Assembly: GCA_963663405.2 (NCBI GenBank)
Contig: CAXXSM010000076.1
Coordinates: 96,001 to 160,000, forward strand
Length of the DNA: 64,000 nt
Direction: 5' to 3'
Source of the DNA: a bacterium
GTDB taxonomy: Bacteria; Hinthialibacterota; Hinthialibacteria; Hinthialibacterales; Hinthialibacteraceae
The notes beneath the pieces were generated by a model. That model was not told where the DNA came from, did no database searches, and worked only from the letters and a program-made list of their open reading frames with translations. The position numbers were made by a program, and so were the translations under genes. Shown here piece after piece: positions 49,888-57,828 of the stretch; within the stretch, counting starts at the first letter, position 1, and each line of letters opens with the position of its first letter.

Positions 49888-52200
49888 ATGTCACTTCGTA
49901 CATTACAGAAACGAACGATTGAATGTGATCTTACGATCATCGGCGGCGGATTGGCGGGTGTTTGCGCGGCGATTACCGCGGCGCGTTTGGGATTGCGTGT
50001 AGTTTTAATTCAAGACCGGCCGGTTTTGGGGGGGAATTCCAGCAGTGAAATTCGCCTGTGGGCGTTGGGGGCGACATGTTACGGACGATCGCACAACCGG
50101 TATAGCCGTGAAAGCGGTGTTATGGGAGAACTGTTTATTGAAAACCGGTATCGCAATCCCGAAGGGAATCCCGTCATTTGGGACACAATCCTGCTGGAGT
50201 GGGTTCACCGGGAATCCAATATAACATTATTGCTGGATACTGCAGTATACGATGTCACGATGGATTCTACTTACCCGAATCGGATTCGATCGGTTCACGC
50301 GCTCAGCGCGTTGAATCAAAATGAATATAAGGTTCGTTCGCCCTTATTTCTCGATTCGAGTGGAGATGGGATTGTTGGGTATCTCTCCGGCGCTGAATTC
50401 CAGATGGGCCGTGAAGCAGCGCAGACGTATCAAGAGCGTTTCGCGCCCCCACAGGATGACCGGCGCCTTCTCGGTTGTTCAATCTATTTTATGAGCAAGG
50501 ACGCCGGGGAACCGGTTCGTTTTATCCGCCCGGATTATGCGCTGGATCTTGCTGCAACTGATATTCCCAAATTCCGCCGGATCCGGTCTGAAGAGAACGG
50601 GCCGGAATTTTGGTGGATCGAATATGGTGGATTGATGGATACTATTCACGAAGCGCATTCGATCAAATGGGAACTCTGGCGAATTGTGTATGGGATTTGG
50701 GATTATATCAAGAATAGCGGTCAATGCGCAAATACGGAAAACTTAACTTTGGAATGGGTGGGTTTGATTCCGGGTAAACGTGAATCGAGGCGGTTCATTG
50801 GCGATTACGTTTTGACGCAATCCGATATCACAGAACAAAGGCGTTTTTCCGACGCCGCCGCGGTTGGGGGATGGCCCATCGATCTGCATCCCGCGGAAGG
50901 TGTTTTTTCCTGTGAAAACGCTTGTTCACAAGAACATCCCGATGGCGTCTATACCATTCCATATCGTTGTTATTACTCAAAAAATATAGAGAATCTGTTT
51001 TTAGCAGGGCGTATTATTTCCGCGTCTCATGTGGCGTTTGGATCGGCGCGGGTTATGGCGACCTGCGCGGTGGGCGGGCAGGTGGTTGGCGCGGCGGCTT
51101 ACCTGTGCCGGATGGCGTCTTTAACTCCTAGACAGTTGAGCGGCGATGGCGCCGAATCTTTGCAAAACCTTTTATTGAGAGAGAATCAAGATATCCATTG
51201 GCTGCGGGGAGAGGATCCGGTTAACATCGCTCGAACGGCGAATGTGGCAAGTTCGACGTACCGGAAACTTTCCAGTTTCTCTATCAAGTCTGATTCTAAA
51301 TATTCGATTGATGACGATTTTGCGTTGATGTTTCCGGTAACAGAGGGGCGATTGGATCAAATCACGTTTCCAATTGCGGCTGAGCGGGATACATGTGTCT
51401 CCGTTTCAATCTGGATTAATGATAAGAAAATGAATTACATTCCGAATTGTAAGTTATGGGAAGAGACGATTTCAATTCCAAAATCTGAATCTTACAATTT
51501 AGTTATCCCCGCCGATCTTTGTTTCAAAGAGCCATTGTTTGTCTGGGTGATTGTAAATAAGAATGAAGATATTTCTTTTTTTCAATCCAGTGATCAAGCG
51601 GTAGGTGTCATCGCAAAAAAACCGGAACGGCCCCGTGAACTCCATCACCAATATGTGGGACAATTGATTTGGAAGCCACGAAAAATCAATGTGGCTTTTT
51701 CCATCGAGCCCGCGCAGGATTGCTATCAGCCTGGAAATGTAATTAATGGATACTCACGGCCTTTGCAAACGCCCAATTGTTGGAGTTCGGAGCGATTAAA
51801 AGATGGTGAAACGGAATGGATACTACTTCGGTGGGATTCACCGCAGACGATCACTCAAATCGATGTGATCTGCAACGCTGATTGGGATAATCCTTTGGAA
51901 ACCCTGTTCACCCGGCATCGCGATCGGACGTTGGAAGAAATCTTGAGAGATGTGGATATAGAAATCCAGGATCCGGATGGTTCCTGGCGCGCGATTCAAC
52001 GTGTGCGGGGAAATCATCATACCATGATCCGGACGTGTATAGAACCGGAAGTCGTAAAGGCGGTTCGTGTGACTTGTCTTGCCGCGAATGAAGAGTATCC
52101 GTTCGCAGAGATTTTTGATATTCGTGTGTATACCGCTGGTTGTGATGTGTATTGGAAGAAGGCGGCGCAGATTCAATCCGCAAATGGAAATGCAGAATGA
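49888..52200 (+). CDS. FAD-dependent oxidoreductase with C-terminal carbohydrate-binding-like domain
   Basis: IIGGGLAG..AAITAAR.G, DRPVLGGNSSSE, DSSGDG, GKRESRRF.GDY, GGWPIDLH and SARVMAT. Confidence 0.9.
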   Translation: MSLRTLQKRTIECDLTIIGGGLAGVCAAITAARLGLRVVLIQDRPVLGGNSSSEIRLWALGATCYGRSHNRYSRESGVMGELFIENRYRNPEGNPVIWDTILLEWVHRESNITLLLDTAVYDVTMDSTYPNRIRSVHALSALNQNEYKVRSPLFLDSSGDGIVGYLSGAEFQMGREAAQTYQERFAPPQDDRRLLGCSIYFMSKDAGEPVRFIRPDYALDLAATDIPKFRRIRSEENGPEFWWIEYGGLMDTIHEAHSIKWELWRIVYGIWDYIKNSGQCANTENLTLEWVGLIPGKRESRRFIGDYVLTQSDITEQRRFSDAAAVGGWPIDLHPAEGVFSCENACSQEHPDGVYTIPYRCYYSKNIENLFLAGRIISASHVAFGSARVMATCAVGGQVVGAAAYLCRMASLTPRQLSGDGAESLQNLLLRENQDIHWLRGEDPVNIARTANVASSTYRKLSSFSIKSDSKYSIDDDFALMFPVTEGRLDQITFPIAAERDTCVSVSIWINDKKMNYIPNCKLWEETISIPKSESYNLVIPADLCFKEPLFVWVIVNKNEDISFFQSSDQAVGVIAKKPERPRELHHQYVGQLIWKPRKINVAFSIEPAQDCYQPGNVINGYSRPLQTPNCWSSERLKDGETEWILLRWDSPQTITQIDVICNADWDNPLETLFTRHRDRTLEEILRDVDIEIQDPDGSWRAIQRVRGNHHTMIRTCIEPEVVKAVRVTCLAANEEYPFAEIFDIRVYTAGCDVYWKKAAQIQSANGNAE

Positions 52201-53726
52201 ATGAAAGTATAGGTTTTGGATTTTGGGATGTAGCCGTTTTGATTGCATACTTTGGCGTTGTGGTGGGGGTGGGTTTTTTCTTCCGCAAACACCAATCCCT
52301 TTCGGATTATTTCCTGGCGGGCCGCCGGACACATTGGCTGATTGTAGGGATTTCGATTATCGCAACATTATTCAGCGCTGTCTCGTTTGTCGCGCTGCCC
52401 AGCGAAGCCTATGCGAATGGTTTATCGATGTATCCGCGATCGCCGCTGGTGATTCTCGTGGCCCCACTTGTGATTCTTCTTTTTATTCCATTTTATTTAC
52501 GCAGGGAAATCTTCACCGTCTTTGAGTATTTAGAGGAACGCTTCAATCTTCCCACCCGGCTTATCGCCAGTGGTATTTTCTTGTTGGTCCGGAGTTCGTA
52601 TGTCGCTGTAGTTTTTTATGCCAGCGCCAAAGCCTTTCAACCTGTGTTTCATGTTCCGATTCCTGTTATCATCATTGGTGTGGGTTTTATCGCTACAGCG
52701 TATACGGCGCTTGGTGGAATGAAGGCGGTGATCTGGACGGATTTTTTTCAGTTTATCATCCTGTTTGGGGGAATCCTGATTGTATTGTTTAAGTTGATCG
52801 GTGAGAGTGGAGGGGGGATCACTGAAATCTATTCATTCGCATCCGAGCGTCAACATGGTTTTGATCTATGGGCCACGGAATCGTTTTATTCGTTTTCGCT
52901 GTATGAACGAGTGACGCTGTGGTCGATTTTCGCGTATGTGTTGGTCTGGAATTCATATACCTATGGCGTCGATCAGCTGACAGTCCAGCGGTATCTGTCA
53001 ACAAAAGACCAAAAGGAAGCGGCGAAAGCGTCGTTTTTTCAATTTTTGATGCTGCTTCCATTTGTCGCTTCGTTTTGGTTTGTCGGCACGGCTCTTTTTT
53101 ATCACTATGGAATGAATCCATCCCTGGCTCCTCCCTCTTCGATTGATAATGATAGTATCCTTAGTTATTACATTCTCTCAGAATTGCCACCCGGTCTTGT
53201 TGGGTTGATCTTCGGCGCCATCCTCGCCGCTGTGATGTCGACTGTCGATTCGGGAATTAATAGTCTGACGACAGCGACGATTATTGATTTTTATAAGCGG
53301 CTTGGAAACGTTCCACGCAGCGATCGGGCCTATCTCGCATTGTCCAAGCGTTGGACTTTGTTCTGGGGGGTGTTTAGCATTTTGGCGGCCTGCGCGATTG
53401 CGATGGTTTCCGAAAGCGCCAATACGACGATCATTGAAGTGACGGCCATCTGGGGAAACTTGAACGCGGTTCTTCTCGGCGTTTTTTTACTAGGTATGCT
53501 GACCAAACGATGTTCGCCGATATCGATTTATATAGCGATGGCGGCTGGGATATTCACAACCGTTTATGTTTCTACTTTCATGTATTATCAAGCTTCGGAA
53601 GAGCAACGAATTTCATTCATGTGGATCGGCGCAATTATTTTAGGGGCGACTTGCGTCACAGGATATGTGTGCAGTTTTATCTTTCCTAATCAAACTCCCG
53701 TTGGCAATGAGCAATCTATACAATAA
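52197..53726 (+). CDS. Sodium:solute symporter family transporter
   Basis: DYFLAGR, FEYLEERF, GGMKAVIWTD, DQLTVQRYL and AAVMSTVDS. ATGA overlap with the upstream gene. Confidence 0.93.
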   Translation: MNESIGFGFWDVAVLIAYFGVVVGVGFFFRKHQSLSDYFLAGRRTHWLIVGISIIATLFSAVSFVALPSEAYANGLSMYPRSPLVILVAPLVILLFIPFYLRREIFTVFEYLEERFNLPTRLIASGIFLLVRSSYVAVVFYASAKAFQPVFHVPIPVIIIGVGFIATAYTALGGMKAVIWTDFFQFIILFGGILIVLFKLIGESGGGITEIYSFASERQHGFDLWATESFYSFSLYERVTLWSIFAYVLVWNSYTYGVDQLTVQRYLSTKDQKEAAKASFFQFLMLLPFVASFWFVGTALFYHYGMNPSLAPPSSIDNDSILSYYILSELPPGLVGLIFGAILAAVMSTVDSGINSLTTATIIDFYKRLGNVPRSDRAYLALSKRWTLFWGVFSILAACAIAMVSESANTTIIEVTAIWGNLNAVLLGVFLLGMLTKRCSPISIYIAMAAGIFTTVYVSTFMYYQASEEQRISFMWIGAIILGATCVTGYVCSFIFPNQTPVGNEQSIQ

Positions 53727-53763
53727 TAATTGACTGTATCGTGGATTCATTATTGCGGTGTTT

Positions 53764-54987
53764 TTATAGAAGACCTATAGGAATGGCGTATGTGTTGTTG
53801 GCAAGCGGTATTACCTGTTTGCATAGGCATATGATTCCCCCTTCTCCCCGCTTATGTTGAAGATTGGATAAACATCTGAATGTGCGCGTCCATTCTCGTT
53901 TTGGCGTGGCGGATTTCTTGACCTCAACAGGATATAGAGTCTGGTCTTGTAAGAACATAAAATCAATCTCTTGTCCATCCTTATCTCTATAGAAATAGAT
54001 TTGTGGAATCCGTCCACGGTGACGCCAACTCTTGAGGATCTCGGTAAACACATATGTTTCCAGAATCGGTCCTGACATAGCGCCTGCTTCCAGAGTTTCG
54101 GGGGATGTCCATTCGGTAAGATACGCGCATAATCCTGTGTCAAGAAAGTACAGTTTCGGTCTTTTTACAAGTCTCTTAGTAAGGTTGCTATAGTAAGGTT
54201 GAAGGAGATAGACTTGATGGCTTGCCTGGAGGATGGATAGCCAGTTTTTCGCTGTGTTTACACTGATATCCGCATCTCTTGCCAGATCTGAGTAATTCAG
54301 CAGTTGTCCCGTCCGGGCGGAACAGGCTTTAAGGAATTTGAGGAAAGACGCTTCATTCCCCACTTGCGTCAAGTCTCTGACATCTCTTTGTAAATAGGTC
54401 TGAACGTAGGAACTGAAGAATAGATCGCGGTTTTTAATTGGGCCGGCGGTTAAAGAGGGAAAGCCTCCCAGCCAGATGTCTTTATACACGCGCCGTAAAC
54501 TGGAACTGGTTTGTGAACTCTCTCGTTCAGCAATATGGTTTTTTGTTGGGAGAAACGGATCTACATTGAGGGAGGTTTTTTGCCGTTCCCGGTTTGAAAA
54601 TCCATAGAGTTCCAGTATCGCGACTCGGCCGGCCAGCGTTTCTGTTACACCTTTCATCATATGAAACTGCTATGATCCTGTCAGCCAAAACGCGCCTGGT
54701 TCTCTGTTTGCGTCGACTTCCATTTTGATAAAGGGAAGCAGTTCTGGCGCGTATTGGATTTCATCAATCAGAACGGGGCTGTTGAATCGTTGTAGAAATA
54801 GAGCGGGATCTTCTTTGGCCAAACTCCGCAAAACGGGATCGTCAAGTGTAACGTATCTTCGGCCGGAATCGCATATTTTTTGTAGAAGTGTTGTCTTGCC
54901 GGTTTGACGGGCTCCAGTAAGTAAAACAGCTGGAAATTGCTTGGACGCATCGAGCCAGCAGTCACTCATCGCGCGAGGGTGGTACAT
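53764..54987 (-). pseudogene. AAA_14/DUF4143 ATP-binding protein interrupted by an in-frame TAG at 54670-54672
   Basis: GARQTGKT, IDEIQYAP, WLTGS*QFHMMKGVTETLAGR, KLYFLDTG and EIDF..VEVK. Both halves are in the same frame. Confidence 0.8.
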
Positions 54988-55075
54988 AGAATAGGCTCCG
55001 TCTATTTTGCAATATGGTTGCATTATAGACGGAACGTAGATTCATGATAAGTGGGTATACTCACTTTTTTTAGAA

Positions 55076-55217
55076 TTCATCCGAGTGAGTACTTTTTAGT
55101 AACAATTTCTATCGATGGTGATTGCTGAGAATGAAAGGGATACCCGTTATTGCGCTATCCAAATGTAGTATCGAATAAGACAAAGGCAGATGAAAAACCT
55201 TGCCTTTGCTACCCTAT
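55076..55217 (-). repeat. ~140-150 bp degenerate direct repeat, copy 1 (includes a REP-A-related hairpin)
   Basis: TTCATCC..GTGAGTACT...TATCCAAATGT...CAAAGGCAGATGAAAAACCTTGCCTTTGCTACCCT aligns with 57597-57748. Confidence 0.7.
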
Positions 55218-55265
55218 CGTAAGAACGAGAAATGTGTTTGAGAATACCGTATTATCGTAAGAAAA

Positions 55266-56360
55266 TTATTCGGTTTTCGGCTCCATGGATGTTTCGAATT
55301 GCATGGTGTCGGCTTCAGGAACGATGACTAACGCTCCCATTTTACGTTCTCCATACGAATTCCGCGAATAGCAGATTATGATCGGCTTGCCGATTTGGGC
55401 TGTGATTGTGTTGGAGAGGATCGTGTCATTCGAGTTATGACTATAATAATATCGAGTTGAAGACTGCCGTTTGACTTCGATATTCATTTGATGTTCCTGC
55501 TGTGAGCTATCATCGGTATCAAAGCGGATATTTAAGATGAAGGGACCAATGGGGGATTCGATTTCTCCGGAAAGAGAGGAGGTGCCGAACCAGTACCCAA
55601 TGGTCTGAATCGGAGGCATGCCCAAGAAATTAACTAGATGCATTTTCAGTTGTTCGGGTAAATGTCGAAACTGCGCCGCATCGATGTTTTGTGTGAAAGT
55701 TTCGGCCTGGTCCCACTGTAAATCGATGATTTCCGCGCCGGGGATTTGTTCAACCAGTTCGACAATGGCGGCGTTCGATTCCGCCTTGCCTTGGATCAAT
55801 ATTGGTTTCATTCTCTCTCGTTCATCTGTCATGTTTCCCGATCTTGGGAGTCTATCAAAATAGCGTTCATCCAATTGAATGATATCCGAAATTTGCATGC
55901 GTGTTTCATCAAGAGTCTTTAACAACTCGGTGGTGAACGTATTTGAAAGGGTTAGTACTACAAGAGAGAAATCTTTCCATTGGTTTTCATCATTAGGCGT
56001 TTCAAACATATAGATCCGTAATATTAACGATGATGTATCCTTCGTTTTTATATCAGGAACGTCTAATTGGGATATAAGGTTTTTAATTCTATCCATTTGA
56101 TTCGCAGGCGTGTTAATAATCAGGCGGTTCGAATGCCGATCCTGATGAATCTCATCAATCCCAAAAATATCTCTAATGAGCCGTTCTAGATCACTTATGG
56201 GATAGTATTCAATAGGAATAATCTGAGTCTCCATCTCACCTTGATCTAGATCGCTCTTAGACGATGAGGAACTGAAACCGCCGTTTTGTGATTGGGACCA
56301 GGCTTGATTGAACGCGCACAATACGAATGCCATCAAGAAATGTACGATTCGAGTGTTCAT
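55266..56360 (-). CDS. Secreted protein with a single secretin N-terminal (NolW-like) domain
   Basis: Signal peptide, then ETQIIPIEY..ISDL..LI....DRHSNRLII.....MDRIKNLISQLDVP. No secretin barrel follows. Confidence 0.65.
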   Translation of the reverse strand: MNTRIVHFLMAFVLCAFNQAWSQSQNGGFSSSSSKSDLDQGEMETQIIPIEYYPISDLERLIRDIFGIDEIHQDRHSNRLIINTPANQMDRIKNLISQLDVPDIKTKDTSSLILRIYMFETPNDENQWKDFSLVVLTLSNTFTTELLKTLDETRMQISDIIQLDERYFDRLPRSGNMTDERERMKPILIQGKAESNAAIVELVEQIPGAEIIDLQWDQAETFTQNIDAAQFRHLPEQLKMHLVNFLGMPPIQTIGYWFGTSSLSGEIESPIGPFILNIRFDTDDSSQQEHQMNIEVKRQSSTRYYYSHNSNDTILSNTITAQIGKPIIICYSRNSYGERKMGALVIVPEADTMQFETSMEPKTE

Positions 56361-56379
56361 GGTAATTTCTCCTTCTTCT

Positions 56380-56910
56380 TTATAAGTTGCAGACAAAATA
56401 GACTTCTCCATGATCCAACGTTCCATACAATACCCGTTGGGGGGAAGACGCTTCCTTTTTTTTCTCTAATACGATTTTTGGATTTTCGACCTGGGGATAG
56501 ATTTCATTGATGATTTTTCCTGATATGATCTGCGTATCTCCAGTTCTTTCCATTGATAATGCAGGGGCGGGCGCCGCATTTGTATCTTTCGTGACTTGTC
56601 CATTCATATTACTTACTGTTAAGAAACATCCAATACATATTCCAAGAGCAAATGTTACAAATGGTTGTGTGAGAAACGTGTAGATCTTTGAGAACCATGA
56701 AAATTGACATGAATTTTGTGTATGATCGCGCCATATATTTTCAAAGATTTCAGCTTTATCGTTCGCTGACAAATCGGGAACCGGTATTTGATCCAGTTGT
56801 TCGAAGAGCGAGCCATACGTCTCGTATTCTTTCATTAATTCTTCTTCCAGACGGAATTCACTCTCAAAAAGAAGTTTGAATTCTTCGTATGACAATCGTG
56901 GACGCTGCAT
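56380..56910 (-). CDS. Putative single-pass anti-sigma factor
   Basis: Immediately downstream of the ECF sigma gene, with one TM segment (FVTFALGICIGCFLTV). Confidence 0.65.
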   Translation of the reverse strand: MQRPRLSYEEFKLLFESEFRLEEELMKEYETYGSLFEQLDQIPVPDLSANDKAEIFENIWRDHTQNSCQFSWFSKIYTFLTQPFVTFALGICIGCFLTVSNMNGQVTKDTNAAPAPALSMERTGDTQIISGKIINEIYPQVENPKIVLEKKKEASSPQRVLYGTLDHGEVYFVCNL

Positions 56911-56921
56911 TTTACAAACCT

Positions 56922-57491
56922 CTACCGTGTGATTTTATCGGCTAATCGTTTCCGCAAAGCGAGCAAAGAACGCCGGATATGAGTTCGAACAGTATTCTCG
57001 CTGCAACGCAGTGTTTGAGCGATTTTGGCCGTTGGCATATCCTCATAATAGCGAAGGATAAACGCTGTCCGCTGTGTTACGCTGATTTTTTGTAACGCGT
57101 GAGTGATCCATTCTTGAATTCGAGCCTCCTCAAGTTCTTCGTGGACCGTTTGACCCTCTGCAATCAACATCGAAAAAGGAATCGTTTCCGATATGATTCG
57201 ATTATTATTCTTGATGGCTTTCCGGTAAAAATCGATCGCTGTATTCACCGTAATCGATTTTAACCAAGGAACAAATGGTTTTCCATCGTGAAACGTATTC
57301 AAATTGCGAAACACTTTAAACCAGACTTCTTGTACGCAATCCTTGACGAGTGAAGTATCGAGCACGATCCGGTAGCAGATGCGATGTACGCAATCGACAT
57401 GCCGGTAGTACAAGAGAGCCGCGGCGCTCCCATCTTCGTTTTGAATCGCCTTGATCAGGGCGTTGTCTGAAATCTGTGATTCCCGTTTCAT
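56922..57491 (-). CDS. ECF RNA polymerase sigma factor
   Basis: Region 2 DCVQEVWFKVF..F.PWL.SI..NTAIDF.R and region 4 QRTAFILRYYEDM...IAQTL.CSENTVRTHI.R. Confidence 0.92.
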   Translation of the reverse strand: MKRESQISDNALIKAIQNEDGSAAALLYYRHVDCVHRICYRIVLDTSLVKDCVQEVWFKVFRNLNTFHDGKPFVPWLKSITVNTAIDFYRKAIKNNNRIISETIPFSMLIAEGQTVHEELEEARIQEWITHALQKISVTQRTAFILRYYEDMPTAKIAQTLRCSENTVRTHIRRSLLALRKRLADKITR

Positions 57492-57596
57492 GGTTCTATT
57501 AATTACTATACGAAAGGCAATATGAATATGGTGACAATTGAGGAAGAAATAGGAAGGAGAGTCAAGTGAGTTGATATTTACGAATAGAAAAGGCTG

Positions 57597-57748
57597 GTTC
57601 ATCCAGCAAGTGAGTACTTATTCAGTTCTCTAATAAAGATCTTTATCATCCGTCGCTTAAGAAATCAGATAAATACTGATCAATACGTTATCCGAATGTG
57701 GTCAGGAATTATACAAGGGCAGATGAAAAACCTTGCCCTTGCCACCCT
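57597..57748 (-). repeat. ~150 bp degenerate direct repeat, copy 2
   Basis: TTCATCC..AAGTGAGTACT...TATCCGAATGT...CAAGGGCAGATGAAAAACCTTGCCCTTGCCACCCT. Confidence 0.7.
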
Positions 57749-57828
57749 CTCCTATCAAAACTTCTATATTTTATGTATTGAATTTAGAAGGTATTGCCAT
57801 TCGATTTAAGACTTGCCATTTTTTACTG

